Source: Styela clava
Lineage: Eukaryota
NCBI RefSeq assembly: GCF_964204865.1
Contig: NC_135257.1
Span: forward strand, 5,022,001-5,086,000
Reading direction: 5' to 3'
DNA: 64,000 bases
The notes under the pieces are model-generated. The model was not told where the DNA came from. It saw only the letters and a list, made by a program, of their open reading frames with translations, and ran no database searches. Positions within the stretch are counted from its first letter, which is position 1, and each line of letters begins with the position of its first letter. Made by a program: the position numbers and the translations under genes. Below, piece after piece: positions 23,901 through 35,262 of the stretch.

Positions 23901-26900
23901 AACGCAAATTAAAGTAAGAATTAAGTAAATAATAATTTCAATTCAGGTGAACACAGGAGTATGATGAACAAGTGCAAAAACGTAAAGTGTGATGATTACG
24001 CAGAGTGTCATAAGGACACGGGTACCTGCAAGTGCATGAGAGGATATCATTATAGAGATGGTGGATGTAAAAGTACAGGCTTCTAACATTTTCATTGAAG
24101 TTGCATTTTAGTTTACTTTGTAGCGTTTATGATATGTCATCAAATAATGCGAACAACATAGCCAATCATTCATTAAAGCATATTGTTCCATGTACCCGTG
24201 CTGTTTACATAAGAGAGGGGATGTAAGTATTAAATTTAAACACAACAATATTTTAAATTGTATTCAGACAATATTAATCATGAATAGAAATGTTTATCTA
24301 CGGGATTTACATATTTATACCGCGGGAGAGGAAAGCCGATAAGACGGCTTAACCATATGGCGAACCACAGCATTTCGTCCGGTTACCATTCCATGTCGGG
24401 TATGGGATTAGTTAGTTATTTGTTTTAGGTAGCAAACAAATGTTCGAAATGCAATGTTTTAGGAACGGCACCCACGAAGAAATGTGCTGGTCACAAGTGT
24501 CCACTGCACGCAATGTGCCATTCGGGAAAATGCAAATGTCAAATAGGATATTTGATGTCAGCATCGAAAAGATGCATGGGTATGTCGTAATACTTTATCT
24601 TCTAGTGGAATATTTGGTTCGAAATTACAAAGATTTAATTATAAATAGGAGATAAAAGAATGTTATAATATCGTTTGTTGCAATACCTGATTATAAAAAC
24701 TTTTAAAAAAGACTTACAGACTGAAGTGATTGATAAAATGATTCAGATTAATTACGTTGCTTTATTTATTAATTAGTTATAGACTTGTTTGTAAATGTTA
24801 CGAATGAATACTTAGTTTTGTAACAAACAATTAGAACAATTATGAAGAGCAAAACATGACGATTTTCAATTTTTTTTATTATTAGACCAATTTTTAGAAA
24901 CATTTTGAACCAAATATTAAATTTAAGCAATATATTTCGACATGAAGGCGTGGTTTGGTTTCATTGCAATACTTATATTCTTCTACATATATATATATAC
25001 TTTCAGTAAAGAAACATAAATGTATGAATGTAAAATGCTCCCAATATGCTGAATGCAACATGAATACGGGTTCCTGCAGATGTAAGCAGGTTATTATCCG
25101 GGTACGGGTGGATGTAGACGGAAGTCCATTCTCTTATAATTCAGGTCAATTTCTCACAATTATATATTACAATTTTGTTTTCAGTTGTTGCTTCATCAGG
25201 AAGGCATTTATGTGGTAATAGATACTGTCCCGAACATGCCGGATGTATCGATAATTACTGCAGATGCAAGAACGGATATTATATGAAAGATGGAAAATGT
25301 AGTAAGTCATTTTTGTATACAAGAAACAATGTTATAAATCTTTTATTAAATTATGTTTTAGTTTAATCAAATATAAACAAATTATGAATATCAATGCCAA
25401 ATTGTTTTTAATGCTACGCGTTTAGAAATGTTATCTACAAAGAATTGTGGGGATCACATATGCCGATTGCACGCCATGTGCCATTCAGGAAAATGCCAGT
25501 GCAAATCGGGATATACGATGTCATCATCGAAAACATGCATAGGTGAGCCAAATCTTTTTACATTTGCGTTGCTGACAGATATAACAACATTTAATAGGTT
25601 TAGTAGAACTGCAAACACTTCCCTGCCTTATACAAGTAATTTCGTACTCCCAATCAAATACCTTATAGAAAATTACTCTTGAGCAAGAATGACAACAAAA
25701 CAAGATAAACTGTTTGTATCCAAATAAAAAATCACCCTTATAGTCAAATTATATTAATATCGTTTCTTGGCAATCAAGCAAAAACTCTCGAATGACCTGA
25801 CATGAAAACAAACTATTTATATATGTATAATCTGATCCATCTATAGAATTTTTCTCATTGAAATTGGTATGACCCAGCAGAAATACTTCAAATTCATTTT
25901 CACAGCTCGTCATTTACAATTTGGAATGTGCAAAATGAAGTGTCATGAATACTCACATTGCAATATGCATGGCAAATGCCAATGCAATACCGGATATATT
26001 GAACATGGTGGAAAATGCATAAGTGAGTATAGAAGACTTGAGAGAAAATATTGGGAATCTACTATATTAGAAGTATATGTTTACTTCGCACAGTCAAAGA
26101 TACCATATGATCTACAAACAAAAATAATTCAGTCACACAATATCTTGTCAAAATCTTGAGAATATCATAGTTCGCGTTGTGAACTTGTAATTCGAGAAAG
26201 GAATATCATATAAATAAATAAGTAAATAAAAAATAAGACTTATGGTATATATGACTAGCTTTGCTTGTTACTTACCTTCTGACTCGAACAATCGTCTATG
26301 CTTTCATTTTAAAGTTATATGGTTAATGGTGATTTTCCTCGAGTGTTAGTTGATATATTTCTCGGTAATTGTTTGGAAAAAACAATTCGTACTGTAGTCT
26401 TGTAAATGTTTGAGAAGTTGTTTTGAAAAATCAGAAATCCACCGAATGTGTATGGGAAAAGCCTGCTATGAAAATGCGCATTGTAACTACATGAAGAGGT
26501 GCCAATGCGACAACGGATACAAGGAACACGCAGGAACATGCAAAAGTCAGTACTGTAATGAACATAATGAATTTTCGAGCCGAGATTTTCCAAAATGATA
26601 ATGTATGATGATATAATATATTTAATGCAATATAATATAAAATTATGTAATATAAAATTACACATTTTTTATTAAGTTTTTATTTTCTTTGTAATTTGTA
26701 ATGCAGAGATGGTTATGTCCAAAAAAAGTTGTTTGGGAAGATGTGGCGAACATGGCGATCTCAGAATTGGAAAATGTTCGTGCCATCCATGGTGTCCAAG
26801 ATATCCAGGAGTTTGTTGCAAAGATTATCACGATAAGTGTGAGTATATCGCATATTTATTCAAGAATTAATAATCGTTAAGATAAGTTATTTTACTTTGC

Positions 26901-29648
26901 ATAGACACGATAGAATTGAGAAACGCCAAGTAAAAGGTAGTTAATTTTCCATAGACGCAATAAAATATGATTTTGGTCCGTGGTATCAGCATGGTCAATA
27001 TTCAGGGACCTTATTCATTGCCCTTTTAAACAATATTACAGAATATACATTTACCTCCCATAACCCCCCACCCCCTCCTCCAATTATATTGTCAGTCAAA
27101 CGTTAGGAATTCCTCTCCAGGGAGAACTTTGTTGTTTTCCTGAGGAGGAAATATAAATTTGTATTTGGTGTAGCTCCTCAAATAATGTTTGTGTATTTAG
27201 TATTCTTATAATACGTATTTATAGATATATTGTAAACAATTCAAACTGTGTAATTACCAGAGTGCAAGTGTTTGAGGACCATTAAGGTTAAATAAATAAC
27301 GCACAATGAGGGAGGACTAACGATGTCCAAAATAGCCAAAGGAATTACTCAAAGTAATAAAATATCAGAAAAGTGAATAAATAATAATTTTTTCCACCAT
27401 AAACGGGGTTGCTGTTGTTTCTCGATTTCCGGAGAACTTTTGGAAAGATTACATAGTTTTGGGTTTGAACCTCGTTTATTATTCTCTAAGTCAGTGGTTC
27501 CCAAACTTTTTTGACGATCGCCCCCCTACAGTAGTTTAAACAACTTTCATCGCCATTACAGACCAAATGAGAAGACAAATCATAGTTTATAGTGTTTTTT
27601 TATGAGATAGATGAGCTTGTTGTTCTTCAGTGAGTTTTTTATTATATCTAAAATTACCCCGTTTACTGATGGAAAGGCGATTTCGTTGTTTTAATAGCAA
27701 TAGTATCAAGGCTGAAAACCCCCTTTTCACCATATAATAGGTCAGAAATGAAAGAATCCAGAGTTCTACTTCCTCAAAAACCGCCGTGTACTCTTGCCTT
27801 ATAGCATTTCACTACCTAAATTCACCCCATTTTACATTAAAATAATGAGAACAAAGTTAATTTTTCCAAACTTATTAAGTGATTTTCGTACATCTCATTC
27901 ATTCTCACAGCCTGATGCAAAATACTTCGGTAAAATTTATTCCCGATTCCTCATCCTACCACGGCCTCCAGTCCGATCACCAGTCCATAATTAATCAGCC
28001 ATTTGTTTTTGGATTCATAGACTCGGATGTGGAAGAAGCCGTGACCGACTATGGGCTACCTACGGCCCAGGGGTCGGCAAATTTTATGTCGCTCGCGGGA
28101 CAAAATTCAGGGTTGCTAGTCTTTTGCAGGTCGCATATATTTTTTGAAAGTTAAAAACGGAACAGCGTGCGAAAATTGCGACAATTCGTTAACTCAACTC
28201 AGTCGTCTTTTTAAAAAAATATTACAATGACATTTGATGTGACACTGTCTTGTTGCTGCATCACGCTGGATAGCTTTACGACGCCAAGATTGGAAGATTT
28301 ACTAAATGAGCATCACTAATCCTAGTTCTTTGTAATGTTCATTTTCAAAAATTATTGTTCGCACTAATATGTACTTCCAAACATCGAAGTGACTATTTTC
28401 GCATAATGTGTGAAATTTTGATAAAGATTTTCTTTAAGAAGATACATTCTTACAAAAATTAAGCAGTGATGAATCTCTCGAATGGAATATGAATTTTATT
28501 TCATTATTGCATTGCAATATATTCGAATATTGACTGCGCTATTGAACCCCTGCCCTCAGCATCAACTTTTTTCGTGTTTCCATTTGTCTAATTATAATTA
28601 AATTGTAGGCTCGTTAAACGAATTTTTAGGATATAATAAAATTTAGTCCAAACGTGTTTCACGATAAATTCTGTAACGTAAAAAAATGTAATTTACTCCT
28701 CGAGCGTAGATTATAAATAAAAAATTTTCATCGTCAAAACTTCCGTTTGGATGTTTCCCCGGGCATAGACTTCCTTGTTTACTTCGTGACATTGGCCAAT
28801 CAGCAGGATGCAAAAAAACAATGGTTACTTTGTTTCCTATGAGTTTCAGTTTAAATACAGTAATCAAAAATTTGTGTACAAATAGCTGTGATAGACTAGG
28901 CTAAAATTCTTTATCGGTACTTTTAAAAAACAGATTGTTGAATGGTGTGTATTAGAATGATAGTTTGAAACAAATACCCCATTTTACAGACAACAATTCG
29001 CGAAACAACTCTTAAAATAAGCACCGAAAATTTTAAAATGGTAAAGTATGGGAAGAATTTTCCGCGGTCAAAGGTCGAGGAAAAGTCCATTCATTGAATC
29101 GTCCCGGGCCAGATTATTTTACTCCGGCCGTATTTTGCCGACCACTGGGATACGCAAACTACCGTACCTTACTGCGAAGACGAGTCCAGAAATCCTTTCG
29201 CGTGTGATAATCGCCCACGTGATTCAAGCCTGCGAATGCACACAGAGTACAGAATTAAGTGCACGATGCGCCGAACATAAAACAGGTTTTGCGAAATCGC
29301 CCCCTTCTGTATGGTTTTCGCCCACTGGGGGGCGATATCGCCCACTTTAGGAATCACTGCTCTAAGTCACGAGGCGGAAATTCTGAAATGAAAATATAGA
29401 TATGATACGCTCTTATACTTTCGAATGTAGTTAGCAAACTACCGGAAAATGTCTGAATAATATGTTGGATCCAAAACTGATGGTTGTTGATAGTTAATGC
29501 GCTTTGTCGTTTCGATGAATACTTTGAGATTCTGCTATCAGACAATATATGTTATGATTTTCACCACAAAACAAACGACAAAAGCACATGTTGACAGATT
29601 CACTAATGCCTGTGAATTAATTTTATAGGTGTGGCAAGAAATGGGTGA
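11860..29648 (+). CDS. Secreted DOMON / Pro-Met-rich repeat / multi-EGF-like / somatomedin-B protein (~1000 aa, ~25 exons)
   Basis: Phase-consistent GT-AG exons: 11860-11932 (signal peptide); 13014-13165, 14757-14942, 15186-15312 (DOMON); 16499-16864 (Pro-rich); EGF/linker exons 17589-17711, 18073-18201, 18519-18647, 20084-20212, 20422-20463, 20637-20765, 21645-21692, 22576-22704, 23004-23051, 23209-23334, 23583-23711, 23947-24072, 24463-24579, 25007-25123 (damaged), 25185-25301, 25426-25542, 25906-26022, 26435-26545; 26707-26838 (SMB); 29629-29648 (CVARNG*). AATAAA at 29747. Confidence 0.85.
12178..12986. mobile_element. hAT-type MITE in intron 1
   Basis: TIRs cagggatggcaaac / gttcgccatccctg; 8-bp flanks ctctatat / acctatat (6/8). 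Confidence 0.8.
13014..15312 (+). CDS. DOMON domain (exons 13014-13165, 14757-14942, 15186-15312)
   Basis: CTYRAAWKILSEEAVEFSVSAKVSIGRWAGIGFSREGLM|VGSDAVVGW...DGMLKYSFIRP..|DTADINLDKCIFLIFAWDG...IRKH: the characteristic W-GIGFS...M.GSD.V.GW, F.R and AW..H pattern. Confidence 0.88.
13180..13602 (+). repeat. Near-identical 211-bp tandem duplication in intron 2
   Basis: ttaaattttccaatatttttttcgaatcgaatctcg.. at 13180 and 13391; about 2 differences seen. Confidence 0.92.
13773..14413. mobile_element. hAT (Charlie-like) MITE in intron 2
   Basis: Ends caaggctgcccaacc / gtcgggcaagccgg, gcggcccgc subterminal motifs, perfect 8-bp TSD cagtatat (13765-13772, 14414-14421). Confidence 0.85.
16499..16864 (+). 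CDS. Pro/Met/Lys/Arg-rich tandem-repeat exon (24-aa unit built from xPxP tetrapeptides)
   Basis: Acceptor ggaaacag|at and phase-1 donor a|gtaaat select the MPKPAPQPMPRPVPRQMPKPISKP frame; 72-nt repeat with 12-nt subunits. Confidence 0.85.
   Translation: MCQSQCRIQHHSQCQGQCHGKCRSQFRNQCRSQHQSQCRGQCHGKCQSQFRNQCRSQHHSQCRGQCHGKCRGQCHGKCRSQFRNQCRSQHHSQCRDQYHGQCRSQFLNQCRSQCQMTKTGD
17589..26545 (+). CDS. Array of ~15 phase 1-1 EGF-like exons plus three short acidic linker exons
   Basis: Six-Cys units such as CKHVRCGEYAECHEDTGSCKCMKDYYMMDGRC and CKNVRCGDYAECHEDTGSCICMRGYHMTDGIC, each 111-129 nt and bounded by AG/GT; linker exons encode (K)PTMPDDDKSRF. Confidence 0.9.
18785..19706 (-). mobile_element. 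Truncated, decayed Tc1/mariner-superfamily (maT/rosa-like) transposon in an intron
   Basis: TA|cagggtgaccc terminus at a TA that is empty in the paralogous intron (~18320); minus-strand remnants WFQQDKATAQ (19237-19251) and WEYLKDYVYQN..TIGQLKTAIAAKIGKIP; second TIR absent. Confidence 0.8.
20943..21495. mobile_element. hAT-like MITE with a 5-bp TSD
   Basis: TIRs cagggtggtccaa / ttggaccaccctg flanked by caata on both sides; paralogous introns (22492, 23499) carry a single caata. Confidence 0.85.
22328..22371 (+). pseudogene. Deleted (dead) EGF exon copy
   Basis: Acceptor plus GHGMKLDKCKN, then fusion to intron sequence with TAA at 22369-22371; paralogous to exon 23209-23334. Confidence 0.8.
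26707..26838 (+). CDS. Somatomedin-B (SMB) domain exon
   Basis: SCLGRCGEHGDLRIGKCSCHPWCPRYPGVCCKDYHDK-C; the last Cys is completed by exon 29629. Confidence 0.88.
27492..29359. mobile_element. hAT-type non-autonomous element in the last intron
   Basis: TIRs cagtggttcccaaact / actttaggaatcactg; perfect 8-bp TSD ctctaagt (27484-27491, 29360-29367). Confidence 0.88.
28068..29147. mobile_element. Second hAT MITE nested in the 27492-29359 element
   Basis: TIRs caggggtcggcaaa / tttgccgaccactg; no convincing TSD. Confidence 0.65.
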
Positions 29649-31429
29649 TCAGTATTCATGAAGAACGTTGAAAAATTTGCTTGCTTAAGACCAGTAGAGT
29701 GTATATATATATGAAATAATTGAAGCGCTGAACTGCAAACTCATATAATAAATATGTAAAAGTAAAGGACTGCGACTGAAGTTAAATGTGATTTATAGAA
29801 GTTCCAGGTTAATTTACAACCCGAAGTCCAGTAATAGCTTTGAACAGATCATGCTATAGCAGTATTATGATATTAACTGATTGTAAGTGGGTGCTGATGC
29901 TGATACACTGGTGCTGTAAGATGTTTACATATTTTCCCAGAATAACCTCATTTATTTGATATATGCAGTCAGATTCATATTAATAAAATTGTTCTCTATG
30001 TGAGAACAATTGAACATCTTTCGGCAGCCGGCCTCGGTACTTACTCCAACAATTCTGGAATTCCGCGGGCTCAATTTTGCATCCTAATTTAATTTTGATA
30101 TTTATCAACCGATGGCGTCCAACGTGTAAATCATGGAGTTAAAATTTAAAAGCTATTATAGTTAGATTAATCAGCAAGCTAAATTTTGAACTGTTGCGTT
30201 GCAAGAGTCCGCTAATTCTGTAACTCAATTTACGTTTGGCAACCACTGCATATAGTTAGCTCAAGACTGCTTCTGGTCTGCTATATATGGGATAAGTCTT
30301 TGGAGGATTTTATAAACGCAAACAACTAAAAATATGTCCTGAGCACTCACATGGTCAGTTGAGTTATCCTGGCCGACAGTTTTATTTCCTATCTTCAAAA
30401 TAAAAGATGCTTGAATATGTCTGAAGATAAATTTCTTTTAGGCATTACGTTAAGTTCAATCAACTTCAAACACAACATAGCCCACTTAAGTCAATCGCGA
30501 TCGACTGTTATGTGGCAACGCAATTTGCAAGCAGCCGTTCTGAAACGCAGTCTGCATATGCAACTAATGAAGAATTGAGCATGAAATGCTTGCTGCTTTG
30601 TAGAGGAACTCCACCTCCAATTTATCGTGAAATTGATAGGTTTTCTATCCTTTTTGCCATCTTTCTTTGAGGTAAATCATTCTATTTTTTACTGCTCCGC
30701 AAACCCATCATCTGAGTCGGTCAAAAGTGAATTGTATATAAATATATGGAAATAAATGTTTTTGACTGATCTATAAAAACGCAATAACCTTCATGGGAGA
30801 GATGTTCACAAAAGTCAAAACGGGTTCTTCAGATGATCCCGCAAAACGAGAGTGAATCGCACTCTAGTTTCATTTAAAGGGTGTCAGAAAAGTAAGCAAA
30901 ATTTTTTGTCATTCCAACAAATCCCGTCACAGATAGTGTGCATATCAGAGAAAGGATTGATTTGGTGAGAAATTACTACTCGTCAGAAAATAATGCACCA
31001 GAGGCCGCAAGGAAAGCATGTTCCACAGTAATGGGACTTAAATTCTAAACAAGCGGATCTGTTGTTGATGATGCTGCGAGCGGGGCTCGATCCTGCGCGA
31101 GAATATCTATCCTGCGCGAGAATATTCTATCGGATTTCAAGTACAACTCCTTACCCACTCGGCCATCACTACTGACAACTGAGGTCAGGTTGTCATTGAA
31201 GCACTGAACTATCATAGCAGCCAGTTGAAGATGATGACATTTATTTTGTTTCTTATTATCGCAGGAAGAATTCCAATTTTCTATGCTGAGATAGATATGA
31301 TATGTTGAAATGTTTAGTAGCCCCACTGATTCCCAGTCTTTTAGTTTCTCTTCATAGGAAGTACTTTTGATTTCATTTTACAGGTACCTTTTTGATCTTG
31401 GAAGATCTTTTTTCTCTTCTGAAATCTGA

Positions 31430-31730
31430 AATCTTCATTTCAGATTTGACCTTGAAAAACTAAATCGTGCAGTAGGTCTTCAACAGTTAGAATCGTGTGC
31501 CTTTGTAGAATTATGACTCATTTCACTCGGCGAATGTCAACTCAAATTTTAATATCTCCAGGCTTTTCATGGTCTACAGTTAGAGGCGGAATCCAGGCAT
31601 TTGCAATCACAAGCGCTTTCTCAATCTTACCTGCTTTTAGCATTCCATCTATATTTACATATACACTGCCTTGCAACGCATATGACATCCGACGCAGAGG
31701 TCGAGCAATTTGTCCATTGAGAGTCGCTCT
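31430..31730 (-). pseudogene. Ty3/gypsy pol relic (reverse transcriptase N-terminal region)
   Basis: Minus strand reads ARPLRRMSYALQ..IDGMLKAGKIEKA..NAWIPPL..KPGDIKI*VDIRRVK*VII.QRHTILTVEDLLHDL..VFSR.NL, matching the gypsy RT pattern (P.RR.P..L / W.SP / R.CVD.R / P.V.DLL / FSKLDL) with stops. Confidence 0.7.
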
Positions 31731-31880
31731 ACACTAGGGGTGGTCAATTACTTTTATGAGTGTGCCAGTCACAGATAATAGATTTGGTTACAGACCGGAC
31801 GCTCAAAACTCGATATGAAACTAGGAATAGAAAATGTTTTTTTTTTAACAGCTAGTCCAGAAGCTAGACTAACATTTATA

Positions 31881-32257
31881 TAACGAGAGAGCAATGCTCA
31901 AATATATTGACACGTTAAGTAGAGCGAAACAGTACTTACCTTTGACTCTACCGGTACACTTAAACAATGTCCGAGTTTCGCGCAGCAGGAATTTATAGAA
32001 TCAAACCGGACAACCAGTGTTCTCATAGATAAAATAATACAGCGAAATTTTAGACGAAATATCAGATTTCACACGAAATTTAGAAATAAATAAAAGTAAT
32101 AGCCTTCTGGGAAAAAATCAATCTTCAACCACTAAAAATTTCAAGGCAATTGGTTCAGTATTCGAAGAAAAAGCAATTGTTTAATGATGATGATGACGAA
32201 TAACAAGAACAACAACATAATATTAAAACGATCGTTATGTCCACTAACGTGTCCAAT
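31881..32257 (-). mobile_element. DINE-1/HINE-like element, minus orientation
   Basis: aacgagagagcaatgctcaaatatattgacacg ... core ... acgatcgttatgtccactaacgtgtccaa. Confidence 0.72.
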
Positions 32258-34146
32258 GAGAAGAAGCACAATGTAACAATCGTAGTCATTTTGACGTTAT
32301 TTCAATCGATATATTCAACGAAAATTCATATTAATAAGAACTATAGTCATAAATTCAGCAAACACAATTGGCCCGGATGAAACACTTCGGTGGGCCGGAT
32401 CCAGCCGTAATTTTGTGAACGAGTGAACCTAACAATCTGGAGAACGGTTAAGTCAATGCTGAAAGACAGAAAGTTGCATGCGAAAATGTTATCCTAAAGG
32501 CATTGCATGCTATGCTTTTCACTTCAACAAATTTCACTCCAAGCGAGAGATTTTTAGGTTTCAGTAGCAGACCGATATTAGGTCAATCTCTTCCTAGCCA
32601 CTACTAGATCAATGCACACTGAATGCCTAGACCAGTGGTTCTCAAACTTTTTAAGCAAACAACATAACAACAAAGCGATCCATATGTACACTTCGTCTCC
32701 AATTACTGGAATTTTGGTCGCCAGAAGAGCAGACAACAGATTGGAATGGAAGGCCATGATCGTCGATGTCTGAAACAGACCTGGTACATGAGGAAAAAAA
32801 ATGTGATGTCATAATATACTTTCAAAGAACGAATCATACTCAAATCCTTTTTCTTGTAGGTACTCATAGCTTTCCAGACGTATCAAATGCTGCTTATCAC
32901 AACATATGGAAGGGAAACCAGTGGTATATTACCAGGTATTAGATTTAATACAATCCAGAATAACTAGTCCAGCTCCGAACGAGAGCTCGAAACTAAAAAT
33001 AGCGGTCGCGAAGAACATTGACTCTTGTGACTGAAAATGGCTTCAGGGCTATTACATCAAACCGAAGCTAAACAACAAGCGGAGGAAAAGACGAAAAAAA
33101 AACAAAGAAGTCAATGAAAATTTTCCCTGTTAAACATCATACACAGTTTTATTTACCGATTCCGCTGACGAAATATGCTCCCCAAACCCCGGACAAGACG
33201 ATCACACTATTTAAAGCTCCCGAAGAAATATTCCACGTGCGTTCGTAGTCTGGTAACTACACTTCTGAAAATTGCAACGAACAAGCTGGCTTCCTTTACT
33301 TAGATATGCTAAGCCCAAGGAACAACGTCTGGACCTGGGAAGACTATTAGATTTGTGCAAAATACGAACCGCCAGAGGACACTACAGAGCAAATATACGA
33401 AGTCTGAATAAAGGAAAGACTGCAATAATGAACTCTGAATTAAAATCAGTACAAACCAATACAATATGTTACTCTAATTATAGGTTTATTTCGATTTCAT
33501 AATGAGCATAGCAGGTGATAAAATACAGATAAACAAAGACAAATAAAAAATCCATATTGAAATATGATTCAAATCTAGATTTTGCGAGACGAACTGATTC
33601 GAGGCCTAATACTCGTGGGTAAATACGATTTGATGATTTGTTCTGGATTAGGTTGAATTTATAATTTTTGCTGATTGTCTTGACTGAAACGTTTCAACTC
33701 TATGTCAATTGGCATTTCCTTGCAGGTAATGCGTCATCATAACTCCTTATTATCCCGGCAGCTCTGCCATTTCGGGGGTCGCCAGCAATTCGAAAATTTT
33801 ACGGCTATACTTTTATTCCACACAAAAGGTTTTCTCACAAATAATATAAACTAGTATGAAACACTTTCGACTTTTGGACATTTTCACACCCTCGGAATAA
33901 ATATGAAAATAGTATAGCAATTTAAACCCAGAACACATCGTCTCGTTATATTCACCTTCGACGGCCATGCTTTGATTCACTTTTTGTTTCAGCTTATTTT
34001 GCGTTAGCCCATTGCTTATTCAAATGATTTTCTCAAAAATTGAATTTTGCATTCCATATCTGCTGATCGTGTATATTATTAAGTAGATAAGTGTTTTAAG
34101 TATCTTGTGCTAGCTGGAACCCGTCAGCTTATAGCATGGCCTGTTG

Positions 34147-34269
34147 ACGAATCCTGGCCTCTCGCCTGGTTACTACTAGATTCAGAACCAAAAAATATCC
34201 ATAAATATAAATTGTATATGAGTGAAACGACCATCTCTGTATAATGAATATGTCGAAACATATAGTAAT
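34147..34269 (+). repeat. ~125-bp dispersed repeat; second copy at ~39315-39444
   Basis: acgaatcctggcctctcgcctggttactactagattcagaacc...atatgtcgaaacatatagtaat in both places. Confidence 0.8.
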
Positions 34270-35262
34270 GTAAACTGATTTACATGCCCAAAACTATTAT
34301 TTTTATTAAAGTATATAACTACGTGCCGCCTACACGTACTAATAGCCAAATTTAGCTCAGTCTGTCGCAGCTTTTCGGGGACTAATTTTTGATTATAGCA
34401 ACTAAACTAAAGTTCATCGAAGGACATAATGACACTAAAACTATTCATTTACAACACAACTGAAAACTGACAAATAACACACAAAACCGTGAAAACGAGT
34501 CAATGTTCACAACCATACTTGAGCGAATGAAGTGTCGGACGGCTGCAACAATTTCAATTGTTACGTCATCGTTGACGTTTTTTCCTGATTGGTCGTTGTT
34601 ACGGAAAAAGCAAGGAAATCGATGATTGTGAAACATCCATAAGAGTGAGAAGTAAAACTCGATACGTCGGTATATGAACGGAAAAAAAATTCGACTAAAA
34701 ATAGCCCATGGTACCAAAGTAGAGATTCTTGCAGACTGATAATCCCGTGAAATCCGAATTGCCCAAGGGGTAATAATATGCGCAGGAATTGAGAGGGCAG
34801 TAAAGAGCAAATAAAATGTCACATCAATATACGAAATATGATGTTTATACCCGTCCGCCATAACGCATTGTCGGCAAAACATTATACCGTTGGCCATTGC
34901 GGCGGCTCTGTGTTTAGCTCTTTTTGGACACGTAGTGGACATGACGATCGTTTCGTTGTTTTGTTGTTCTTGTTCATTGACACTTTTTGAAGAAATCGCT
35001 TTTCTCTTAGATTACTGGACTAATTGCTTTGAAATTTTTAGTGGGTAAAGGTAGAATTTATTTTCAGAAGGCTATTACTTTTATTTATTTCAAAATTTTC
35101 TGTGGACTTCAAGACATTCGTTTTTTTTTGTGCGAATTAGTGATCACAATGAAAAATAGCGGCACCTTGTGGCGACTGCGGCGACGAAGCGAACGTGTTC
35201 TTGCTCGCTAAGAGTTGTTGTAAACTGCGCAGTATGTTAGTCGTTGGCGGTACCCGTACCTG

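Noticed and set aside
17589-24072. Regularly spaced repeats as a CRISPR-like array
   Set aside because: They are duplicated spliceosomal exons and introns in eukaryotic DNA; there is no repeat-spacer structure and no cas gene.
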